64,000 nt of DNA from a virus: IMG/VR virus record IMGVR_UViG_3300025626_002025. One strand, written 5' to 3'. The translations under genes and the position numbers were made by a program. The notes beneath the pieces were generated by a model, which was not told the origin of the DNA, searched no databases, and saw nothing but the letters and a program-made list of their open reading frames with translations. Below, piece after piece: positions 1 to 8,446 of this stretch (position 1 is its first letter; every line of letters begins with the position of its first letter).

Positions 1-2
1 GA

Positions 3-2408
3 TAACTTGTTGATAAGTTGTGATATCTCTCTATCAATTTTATCTTCTTTATCTTTTGCATCTAAATAGTTATTCCACTCATCAGCATATCCTTTTAAAG
101 AATCAATCACCAACATCAATTGCAATCGTGTCTTATCATTATCTGTAAATAACTCTTGATAATGAGATATATCGGCTTCTACCTTTTCTTTTTGTTGTAG
201 AATAGTTTCAGAGTTTTCCATACAAATATCACACTCTTCATTATATTTGTGTTTATCTAAGTGGTCTTTTCTTTCATATAAAGAATCTTTTTTAATATTG
301 ATTTTATCAATTGTAGATTCAATATCTCTTAGTTTATCCTTCGAATCTTTTAATTTACCAATACCATCTTCTAATTCTTCTTCATCAAATTTATCAACGA
401 TTTCATCTAAAGTGATTTGTAATTCTTCTCTATGGGTAATTCTATCTTGTGTAGATTTTTTATCCGATTCAATTGTATCTCGTTTGGTTTTGAGTAATTT
501 AAATCTTTTTTCAAGTTCTTCAATAGCTACACCACTATCTGCGTTTAATTTTACAACCTTCTCATTTAGAGATATAATCTTTTTATTTAAAACATCTTCC
601 TCATCTTTAAGAGATTTTTGATTCATCTCATAAAGTTTATACTCGTTTTTATTTGATTTTAAATCAGTGTCGATTCCCGCTAATTTTGTGGTAAAATCAT
701 CACTCTTAAATTTTCTGATAAGTGTTGCATTATCTCGGTTCTCATCAGATGCTTTCTGATGGAGTTTATCAAAGATGTTGACTCCAATAAATTGGGAAAG
801 TATTTCTTTTCTTTCACTTTGTGATTTATCTATAAAGAGTGCATTGTTTCCTTGTAAGGATAGTGCAGTTAGAACAAAATCTTCGAATTTACCCAAATAC
901 TTCTCTATCTCCTTATTAGTATCTTTTCGTTGTTCACCATTAAGTGATTCAATAACTCCGTTGTTATCTCTCCAAAAATCTACATCTACTTTTACCGATG
1001 TTGCTTTTCTAACATATTTGGCTCTTCTTTCAATATAGTAATTGATACCATCTATCTCGAAGTTAAACTTACAATAGAAGTTTGTCTTACGATTATTAAT
1101 GATGTTTTTAGAGATGTTTGTACGAGAAGTCTTATCGTAGATACAAAAAGATAATGCATCGAAGAGAGAGGATTTACCAGAGGCATTTGGAGCAAAGATA
1201 CCAACGATACCTTGAGCTTTATCAAACCTTACTTTATTATCCTCACCATAAGAGAACATATTAGAAAACTGAAACTCTTTAGGTGTCCATAAAATATTAC
1301 CCATCATATCTGATTCATCAATATGTGAATTCAATTCTGAGTTTATTTCTGCTATCTTATCTAATTCATCATCTTCTAAAAGATATTGTCTTTCTAAGTA
1401 ATCTCTAATGAGTTGGTTTTGGAATGTTTCATTCTTAACATCACCAACAATATTTTTGTTTACCTTTTGATTTGTTTTTAATTGTCCGATTGTATCGGTT
1501 CTTGTTACAGTAACTTCAGCAACTTTGAATAACTTCTTTAATTCAGTTATTCTTCTTTTCATATCAGAAGCTTCTGTCTTTGTAAACCTTAATCTCAATC
1601 GTGGATACCTTGGTAGTTTAGTATCAATTTCATCATATACCCATTGAGGTATCTTACCATTAACCACATCAACTGTAAGAAATCCATAATCATTATGTAA
1701 GTGATGTTCTGTGAAAGTTCTTGTAGGAATATCCCAAAGTAAGTAACCATGATTTTCTAGCAACTCCCCATGATTCTGTTGAACCATAGAACCAGCATAA
1801 GCAATATGTTCGTAACCTTCTCCGAAAGTTTGTCGTTTGTGGATATCACCCAACATAGCCATATCGAATCCATCGAACATATCCACTTGGAATGAGTTAG
1901 AGGAAACGGTATAGCCAATATCTGTTTGAGCTTTGTTTACTGGTCCATGAAAAAGGCAGATTGTATTTTCTCCATCAACGGTATTTCCTTTAGGCCAATT
2001 TTCCTTGTTATCCAATATAGAATAAACAACAAAAGTAAGATTGTGAATAGGGTAAACACCAGTATCACGAAGATAATGAATTCTATCATTTCCAAGATTT
2101 TCGATAATAGGTGTGAGTACATCAAGTCTGTGGGAATTATTTAAATTACAATCGTGGTTACCTGTGATTAACACAGTTTCTCTTAACTTCGCACACTCGG
2201 TGAGAAACCAAGATATTTCGTGTACGAGTTCAGGTGACATCTCTGTTTTAGCATGAGCAATATCACCGGCAATATAAATGAGGGAATCCTCAATTTTATC
2301 TTCTTTAACTTTTTTTAGGAATTTTTTGAATACTATTCTATATTCTTTGTGCCTTTGGAGATTTCTAATGTGTAAATCTGCAAGGTGGTAAACCTTATTT
2401 ATTATCAT
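3..2408 (-). CDS. Fused Mre11/SbcD nuclease - Rad50/SbcC ATPase (gp47-gp46-like), runs off the window (missing from ORF track)
   Basis: Manual translation from ATG 2408: HLADLHI, IAGDIAH, ITGNHD, FHG, LGDIH, YAGS phosphoesterase motifs, then in frame FSNMFSY, Walker A APNASGKSS, Q-loop SLQG, coiled coil and hook-like CDIC. Confidence 0.92.
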   Translation of the reverse strand, partial: MIINKVYHLADLHIRNLQRHKEYRIVFKKFLKKVKEDKIEDSLIYIAGDIAHAKTEMSPELVHEISWFLTECAKLRETVLITGNHDCNLNNSHRLDVLTPIIENLGNDRIHYLRDTGVYPIHNLTFVVYSILDNKENWPKGNTVDGENTICLFHGPVNKAQTDIGYTVSSNSFQVDMFDGFDMAMLGDIHKRQTFGEGYEHIAYAGSMVQQNHGELLENHGYLLWDIPTRTFTEHHLHNDYGFLTVDVVNGKIPQWVYDEIDTKLPRYPRLRLRFTKTEASDMKRRITELKKLFKVAEVTVTRTDTIGQLKTNQKVNKNIVGDVKNETFQNQLIRDYLERQYLLEDDELDKIAEINSELNSHIDESDMMGNILWTPKEFQFSNMFSYGEDNKVRFDKAQGIVGIFAPNASGKSSLFDALSFCIYDKTSRTNISKNIINNRKTNFYCKFNFEIDGINYYIERRAKYVRKATSVKVDVDFWRDNNGVIESLNGEQRKDTNKEIEKYLGKFEDFVLTALSLQGNNALFIDKSQSERKEILSQFIGVNIFDKLHQKASDENRDNATLIRKFKSDDFTTKLAGIDTDLKSNKNEYKLYEMNQKSLKDEEDVLNKKIISLNEKVVKLNADSGVAIEELEKRFKLLKTKRDTIESDKKSTQDRITHREELQITLDEIVDKFDEEELEDGIGKLKDSKDKLRDIESTIDKINIKKDSLYERKDHLDKHKYNEECDICMENSETILQQKEKVEADISHYQELFTDNDKTRLQLMLVIDSLKGYADEWNNYLDAKDKEDKIDREISQLINKL

Positions 2409-3349
2409 AAACCTTTTAATTTTTGTGATATAATATCACCGAATCCTGTTTGTTTGGATTCTTTTAATTTATTATTTACTTCTGTGAATCCCATATCAGA
2501 TGCATCTTTATCTGTGGGTTTAATATTTTTTGTAGTGATTCCTTGATTTTGGAATTGCATAGTATAACGCAATGCTTGTTGTTGAGCATCTTCATCTAAT
2601 AAGATGTTAATACTTTTTACTTCGTTTTTATAAATAGCTTCATTTAATTTAGTAGGAATAAATTTACCTAAAATTGGAATAGAATTTCTCTTAACAGCCA
2701 TTGCATCAAATACACCTTCTACTAATGTTATTGGTTCATTCCAATTTATTTGATTTTCAAACATGATAACATTCTTCGAAACTGGTGGATTTTTATATTT
2801 AAACTTTTCCTCAGGATGTACAGACCTTGCGATGAAGTAATTGAGTCTATTGTCCAAATCATAGGAAGGAATGATAATACGATTGGAATACATACCACCA
2901 TCACAATAACCGATATTGTACTTTGTAATATCTTCTTTAGTAATACCTCTATCTTCAGCATACTTAAGAGCCTTTCTGTACACAGGATTTACTTTACCCT
3001 CTGGTACTTTTAGAAGTGATTTAAATTCAATTGGTAATCGTAACTCTACTTTTTCTTCTTCAGTATCTTTTGAGTAAACTATATAATCATCTCCATAGAT
3101 TTCAAATAACTTTTTTAATCTACGAGCATCTACATGAAGTCTTTTTAATAACCTCTGTATCTTTCTTCCTTTTGCATCACATACCCAACAATGCCAATAT
3201 TGTGTTTTTAAGTTAACCTGTAACTTTTTCTTGTGGTGGTGACAGAATGGACAATGATGAGCTTGTTCATCATTTTTCATTGGTGTACCAACACCCAATA
3301 CATCATTTAGTATGTTTATAACTTCTTGTTTCTCGTGATGTGAGAGCAT
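2405..3349 (-). CDS. DNA primase (Zn finger + TOPRIM)
   Basis: CPFC...HCWVC Zn finger; RIIIP, KYKNP, LVEGVFDA, LLDED TOPRIM motifs. Confidence 0.9.
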   Translation of the reverse strand: MLSHHEKQEVINILNDVLGVGTPMKNDEQAHHCPFCHHHKKKLQVNLKTQYWHCWVCDAKGRKIQRLLKRLHVDARRLKKLFEIYGDDYIVYSKDTEEEKVELRLPIEFKSLLKVPEGKVNPVYRKALKYAEDRGITKEDITKYNIGYCDGGMYSNRIIIPSYDLDNRLNYFIARSVHPEEKFKYKNPPVSKNVIMFENQINWNEPITLVEGVFDAMAVKRNSIPILGKFIPTKLNEAIYKNEVKSINILLDEDAQQQALRYTMQFQNQGITTKNIKPTDKDASDMGFTEVNNKLKESKQTGFGDIISQKLKGL

Positions 3350-3368
3350 AATTACACTTTTAACAATA

Positions 3369-3400
3369 CAAATATACGAAAAATATTTTAATTTTCCAAG
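3369..3400 (-). promoter_or_regulatory. Bacteroidota-type primary-sigma promoter upstream of primase
   Basis: Minus strand TTGG...CGTATATTTG, matching -33 TTG / -7 TAnnTTTG. Confidence 0.7.
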
Positions 3401-3834
3401 TCTTTTCTAAAAAACTTTCCTAAAAGGTTATCATTTAGTGATAACTCATCTCCTAATACATTGTGAGAGAACTGTTCTTGTAGTTCATAATAGGTTAAAG
3501 CCTTCTTTCCTTTACAGAATCTAAGTATTTCTAACTTTAATGTATCGTTTATCTTTCCCCTAGGTTCTTCTTCCAATGCCATAGCATTTGAATGAAACCA
3601 AAGTTGTACTGAAGCATTTGATGAACGATAATCTAACCACTTAGATTCTTTTACTACTTTTCTTTTTCGTTTATAACCTTTTAATGGCGGTAATGTTCTG
3701 TGTGAATATAGGGATTTTTTCCCAATATAATATTGACCAGTTTCTCCGTTGGTTATTTTGTATATGAATCCGATAGTACCTTCTGGCATATCTGATATCT
3801 CTGTTATACATTTTCCTTTATATGTCCATCCCAT
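3388..3834 (-). CDS. GIY-YIG endonuclease (T4-like)
   Basis: GFIYKITN...YYIGKK; likely start MGWTY at 3834. Confidence 0.8.
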   Translation of the reverse strand: MGWTYKGKCITEISDMPEGTIGFIYKITNGETGQYYIGKKSLYSHRTLPPLKGYKRKRKVVKESKWLDYRSSNASVQLWFHSNAMALEEEPRGKINDTLKLEILRFCKGKKALTYYELQEQFSHNVLGDELSLNDNLLGKFFRKDLEN

Positions 3835-4390
3835 AGTTAAAAATCTTGAAATCATTATAATACCTCTCTCTAACCCACTCTTTCATCCACTCTTCAGAAT
3901 ACAAATATTTGTAGTATTTATGTTGATTTAAGTTAGGGTGTTTTTCGTAAATTGGATTACGGTTTATATGAGGAATATCTTCTTTTATATTTAATTTATT
4001 AAAAACATAATCAGTATCTTCTTTAAAGTTTTCATATCTACCAATAAAGGTCATTTCTTTATCATTGGAATCTATCTGATGTGTGTAGTATGATTGGTTC
4101 AAAAACCACAAATCATATGCATTTGCATTTTTTAAAAAATGCTCAAAACTCATATGTTGTGTTTTTCTAGTTTCATGAAAGTATGCTGATGCTATTCTTG
4201 TGAATGGATTTCTCACAAAAGTAAATTTAAAATATTCCATCATGTTATACTCTAATATTCTTAGAGAATCGTGACCGGCAGGATTAGTAGTATTTGGTTG
4301 AACTCTTAATACCTGAGAAATACTTGTACCACCTGTTTTAGGAATATGAACATATGCCCATTTATCCTTCGAGTTAATATATAAACCCAA
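3818..4390 (-). CDS. Sulfotransferase family 2 protein
   Basis: HIPKTGGTS (5'-PSB) and FVRNPFTRIASAY (3'-PB) motifs. Confidence 0.85.
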   Translation of the reverse strand: MGLYINSKDKWAYVHIPKTGGTSISQVLRVQPNTTNPAGHDSLRILEYNMMEYFKFTFVRNPFTRIASAYFHETRKTQHMSFEHFLKNANAYDLWFLNQSYYTHQIDSNDKEMTFIGRYENFKEDTDYVFNKLNIKEDIPHINRNPIYEKHPNLNQHKYYKYLYSEEWMKEWVRERYYNDFKIFNYGMDI

Positions 4391-4401
4391 AATCTAAGGT
4401 T

Positions 4402-4581
4402 TTAGCGTGAAACAGAATCGGAGTATTTTTTCTCGTTGAGTTTTCCACCCCTAGCTTTAGCTAAGTTTTCTTCATTTGATAAATCTTTACCACCATCCAA
4501 GTCGATTGGTGTTTTATCATTTTTAGATTTGCCTACTTTTGCGAATTCTGATTTGTTGTATAGTTCTTCTATTGATGCCAT
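4402..4581 (-). CDS. 59-aa hypothetical protein (not in ORF track)
   Basis: MASIEELYNK...YSDSVSR; preceded by AAAGGAG and a TATTTATA motif. Confidence 0.7.
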   Translation of the reverse strand: MASIEELYNKSEFAKVGKSKNDKTPIDLDGGKDLSNEENLAKARGGKLNEKKYSDSVSR

Positions 4582-4604
4582 AATTTAGTATCTCCTTTGT
4601 ATAA

Positions 4605-4612
4605 TATAAATA
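4605..4612 (-). promoter_or_regulatory. Putative late promoter TATTTATA
   Basis: Same 8-mer recurs just upstream of at least 11 minus-strand starts. Confidence 0.6.
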
Positions 4613-4616
4613 TAGA

Positions 4617-5750
4617 TTAAGTATCGAAACGAACAATAAAGTTCATATCCATATCTGGTAAATTCTTAATTGGTGTTGGTAATTTTGCTACTGCAACCAT
4701 ATCTCCATCATCATCGTATAATGCAATAGTTGTAATAAATGGTGCTAGATAAGAACCGGTTGGGTCGGTTTGTCTATATGTATCATAATCATCCCAACTA
4801 CCAGTTGAAGTTCCTATTGAACCATAGAACTCACTTTTTTTGCTAATATCCAACACTTGTTTTATTTTTATACTACCATCTCGTGAATGTGTGCCTGTTC
4901 GAGTAACCTCATGAAACTCAGGTGTAGCAAATAACTGAACATCTACTGCTGATGGATTTTGTGAGGTATTAAACTCACCTGCCTTAACACTAACAAGTAC
5001 TTCAGTTTCATGTATTGTTTTAGTACTTCGATATCCCATAGTATAATTATCAATAGGATAATCCCATACAACAAGTGTTCCATCTGAATAGAATACATTA
5101 CCATATCTTGCTTCATCGATTTCTAATCCATCGAAATCCATTGGTACTGCAGTAGTAATTGATGAATTGGTTAAATCTAATATGCCTACACTTACTTGGT
5201 CTGTATCACCATTAAAAGTCATTGTACTAACACCCGTATCAAAATCAATTCCTAAAAAACTACCTGAAAATAATTCGTTATCCGCATCTTTTAAAAGAAT
5301 ATCACCTGTTTCAAAATCAATTGATTCTAGTCCATAGAGAGGTACAGATGATACAATATTTCCTTGCCCATCATCAGCAAAATCTATACTATTAGTAGGG
5401 TCTTTTAATGTAAGTGAATTCCTTTTTATTGCTTCACCATACTTTTCTTGGTCTATTGAAATAACATATGCAGTAGAACCAGTAACTCGGTATTTATCAA
5501 TTCGGCCGATATCAGGAACTTCACCAAATAAAGTAAATGGATTTGTATCAGGATGATAATACTTAGAAGTTATAGATTTTAATAAAGGATGTGTAAATAT
5601 CGTTCCTTGTTTATTAAATGAACCAGTATCAAAATCCCCTACCTCAAGTGAACCAGAAATTACTTCACTATCCTCTTTGGTTAGGGTGAATTTCTTGTAC
5701 ACAGGAAAACTCTTCCTCCATACCGCTGATTTAGGTATATTCTTTATCAT
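4617..5750 (-). CDS. Virion tail/baseplate protein, paralog of 6464-7693
   Basis: EFNTSQNPS...FITTIALYDDDGDMVAVAKLPTP C-terminus resembling tail-collar fibre domain; structural module context. Confidence 0.65.
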   Translation of the reverse strand: MIKNIPKSAVWRKSFPVYKKFTLTKEDSEVISGSLEVGDFDTGSFNKQGTIFTHPLLKSITSKYYHPDTNPFTLFGEVPDIGRIDKYRVTGSTAYVISIDQEKYGEAIKRNSLTLKDPTNSIDFADDGQGNIVSSVPLYGLESIDFETGDILLKDADNELFSGSFLGIDFDTGVSTMTFNGDTDQVSVGILDLTNSSITTAVPMDFDGLEIDEARYGNVFYSDGTLVVWDYPIDNYTMGYRSTKTIHETEVLVSVKAGEFNTSQNPSAVDVQLFATPEFHEVTRTGTHSRDGSIKIKQVLDISKKSEFYGSIGTSTGSWDDYDTYRQTDPTGSYLAPFITTIALYDDDGDMVAVAKLPTPIKNLPDMDMNFIVRFDT

Positions 5751-5768
5751 AGTATTATTACTCCTCTA

Positions 5769-5776
5769 TATAAATA
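5769..5776 (-). promoter_or_regulatory. Putative late promoter TATTTATA
   Basis: Recurrent motif, 19 nt upstream of ATG 5750. Confidence 0.6.
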
Positions 5777-5790
5777 TGATGAAATTAAAA

Positions 5791-6384
5791 TCATAGAAGT
5801 TCTTTGGATATTTGATAATCTAACAAAGAAGTTATATCAGAATCAGGAGCTCCCATTCGTTGAGTAAAGTATTCATCACTCAAACTTTCTTCTCTTAGAT
5901 AACCAGTATCTTTTATAATATGCCACATATCATCCAGTCCTTTTATTAATCCACCTTTTTTATCTACACATTTTATTAGCTTTTTAGCTCCCGTAGGCCA
6001 AACCATATAACAAAGTATAGATGATTGTTTAGGCATTAACCAAAACACATCCAAATCTTTTTTTACGATATCTTCAAATTTAAAATCAATAGGTTTTATT
6101 ATTTCAGTATCATCTTCAAATATAATGTAAGGGATATTATCTGATATACATTGTTTTAACATTAAGATATGTGATTTATTTGCACATACTAATGATGGTA
6201 TGTGTATTTTATAATGAGCATATATGTTACCATCAATCCAATTAGTATCGTATTCAGATAAGGTGTAATTTTTACCATCTAATCCATAAAAATATTCATA
6301 TTGAAAATCAGAAAATCTTGAATCAAAGAGTTCTCTTCTATCGTTTCTTCTTTTTAATGATAATACTTTTATTTTATAACTCAT
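5791..6384 (-). CDS. Glycosyltransferase family 25
   Basis: LSLKRRNDRR, GLDG, C..SH, IIFEDD; ATG 6384 preferred because TTG 6396 lies in a terminator. Confidence 0.8.
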   Translation of the reverse strand: MSYKIKVLSLKRRNDRRELFDSRFSDFQYEYFYGLDGKNYTLSEYDTNWIDGNIYAHYKIHIPSLVCANKSHILMLKQCISDNIPYIIFEDDTEIIKPIDFKFEDIVKKDLDVFWLMPKQSSILCYMVWPTGAKKLIKCVDKKGGLIKGLDDMWHIIKDTGYLREESLSDEYFTQRMGAPDSDITSLLDYQISKELL

Positions 6385-6394
6385 GGGTAACAAC

Positions 6395-6419
6395 AAAAAA
6401 CCCCACTCGTGGTGGGGTT
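6395..6419 (-). terminator. Rho-independent terminator
   Basis: AACCCCAC/GTGGGGTT stem with U-tract on the minus strand. Confidence 0.8.
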
Positions 6420-6463
6420 ATATTCGTGAACGTTATGTTTGCAACCACAACAATTCGTGTTTA

Positions 6464-7693
6464 TTAAAAGTCAAGTTTTACTTTGATTAATACTTCCTTA
6501 TCAAATGATTTAGGAACAGGTTGTGATGTTTTAGCTACTGCTAATATTTCATTTGAATCATTAAATAATCCAATTGTTGAAATAAAAGTTTTAGGGTCTG
6601 TTTCAAAAGTTGATTCAGCAAATGAACCATCTGAACCAGTTACAAATGTAGGATTGTTTGAGAAGTTAAATTCTCTGTTTGTTGCTCTTATGAAGTAATG
6701 TGAAGTAGAAACATTTTCTGTTCTTCTTGCTTCAAAATCATTACCACCTCGAATTGCTTCATGCAATAAGAAATGATTTTTACCTTCATATGCTTGTGAT
6801 GTTGAAATACTTTTACCACTATTTGAACCACTATCGATTGATGTTCCAATTATACTATGTACTGCTGATGGATTAAGTATTACTAATCCTTGGTCAGGAT
6901 AAAATAAACCTAAACCTTGACCAGTTGAAGCAGTAAGTGTATTTACAGTTGCTTCATTTTCAGTTCCTAAGTTAAGTGAACCACTACATACATTAAATAC
7001 TCTACCTGATTTTCCAACACTATCTGAGAATTTCTTTCCACTATCATCAATAAAGGTTGAAATTCCATTAGAACCACTTAATTTTAATGACCAGTTTCCT
7101 GCATCCATTTTCTCTTTGTAACGGGCACGAGCTACATTGATTACATAGATATCATCGGAATCATGGATTCCTGCTGCTGATGAAGAAAAGAAAGTAAATT
7201 TAGTATCATCGTTATCTAATAAGATTGAACGATATTGTGCATAAGTTGCTTTTGATGCTAAAGTTGATGTATCTGAGTTTGCTAACGAGATTGAACCACT
7301 ACCTAGTATCTCACCATATGCAACTGCATATTGTACAGCTGCTGATGTATCACTTGATGGATTCTTATCATATACATTTATATAATAATTTGAACTTCCT
7401 TGTCCAACTTCAGTTGATGAAGTAAAGAATGAAGTTAAACTTCCAGTATCACCACTCCAAAGTCCAGTTGTAACAACTTCTACTTTACCAGTAATTTGGT
7501 CAAATTCACCAAATCGTTTATAGATACCTTGTGCAATTGCTCCACCACTTGCACCCAATTTATCACCACCAGTTAAATACTGATTTACGATAGATGCTAA
7601 TTGTTCAGAAGTAAGTGTACCTTGATTATCTGCCAAATAGGTAGATAACTCCGTTGTTAAATTTACTCCAGCTTGTCCTGATATTTGTGCCAT
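6464..7693 (-). CDS. Virion tail/baseplate protein
   Basis: Ser/Gly/Thr-rich; EFNFSNNPTF...FISTIGLFNDSNEILAVAKTSQP; paralog of 4617-5750. Confidence 0.65.
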   Translation of the reverse strand: MAQISGQAGVNLTTELSTYLADNQGTLTSEQLASIVNQYLTGGDKLGASGGAIAQGIYKRFGEFDQITGKVEVVTTGLWSGDTGSLTSFFTSSTEVGQGSSNYYINVYDKNPSSDTSAAVQYAVAYGEILGSGSISLANSDTSTLASKATYAQYRSILLDNDDTKFTFFSSSAAGIHDSDDIYVINVARARYKEKMDAGNWSLKLSGSNGISTFIDDSGKKFSDSVGKSGRVFNVCSGSLNLGTENEATVNTLTASTGQGLGLFYPDQGLVILNPSAVHSIIGTSIDSGSNSGKSISTSQAYEGKNHFLLHEAIRGGNDFEARRTENVSTSHYFIRATNREFNFSNNPTFVTGSDGSFAESTFETDPKTFISTIGLFNDSNEILAVAKTSQPVPKSFDKEVLIKVKLDF

Positions 7694-7722
7694 TTTTTAT
7701 TTTCCTTTGTTTTACTTTATTA

Positions 7723-8376
7723 TTAACCTAAGCTTCGTGTTGGTCTTACTAACTGTCTTAAATCTGTTACGGTTAGTGGAATAGTTTGTGAACCACCCGT
7801 TTCGTTTCCATAAACAGTTATAGTTGTTTTAACTGAACCTCTTAAACTTGGGTTTGGTATGAATTGGAATGTTAATCCTGTTTCAATAGCTGCAGTTGCA
7901 GTTATTTCATCTCCTAAGAATGATGGTGTAGTTGCTGCTCCAGCTGCTAAACCACTACCAACGATAGTACCTGCATTTTTATTAGCTAGTATTACGGTAT
8001 ATCCACTTTGTGTATTACCACTTGGTGAAGTTGTTGGTGATAACTGTACTTGTCCAGAATCTGAAGTTACTGCTATCGAAGGGATACCAAATTCTACTTT
8101 TGGAATTTTTGTAGTACCTTTTGGTAAGGTAACTAATTTATGTCTCAATACTTGAGTTTCATCTGGTGAAGCTTCAGTAATTGGAATAGCTTTGATAGCG
8201 GCATCATAATATGCACTTCCTTTTGGATGTGCGGGTTCGTAAAGGGTATAATCTATTTCATCATCGCCCAAAGCAAACTTTGTGATGTTTAAACCATCAC
8301 CAGCTGCTAATTTCTCTCTACCCTTCTTCGTGAGAATCGCATCTACTGTGATTTCTGTATTATTTAAATAAGCCAT
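7723..8376 (-). CDS. Virion tail/baseplate protein
   Basis: ILTKKGREKLAAG...ITKFALGDDE resembles N-terminus of tail-collar fibre (P2 gpH/DUF3751-like) domain. Confidence 0.65.
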   Translation of the reverse strand: MAYLNNTEITVDAILTKKGREKLAAGDGLNITKFALGDDEIDYTLYEPAHPKGSAYYDAAIKAIPITEASPDETQVLRHKLVTLPKGTTKIPKVEFGIPSIAVTSDSGQVQLSPTTSPSGNTQSGYTVILANKNAGTIVGSGLAAGAATTPSFLGDEITATAAIETGLTFQFIPNPSLRGSVKTTITVYGNETGGSQTIPLTVTDLRQLVRPTRSLG

Positions 8377-8407
8377 AATTTAAATTCCTTGTTATTGTTG
8401 TTCAATA

Positions 8408-8415
8408 TATAAATA
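8408..8415 (-). promoter_or_regulatory. Putative late promoter TATTTATA
   Basis: Recurrent motif upstream of ATG 8376. Confidence 0.6.
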
Positions 8416-8446
8416 TAAGTATTTTAAAAATTAGATAATATTTCTA

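Noticed and set aside
1937-2961. Nested minus-strand ORFs 1937-2125 and 2746-2961 (also 37719-37934, 48065-48307, 48761-48949)
   Set aside because: They are out-of-frame within or overlapping longer genes with better support.
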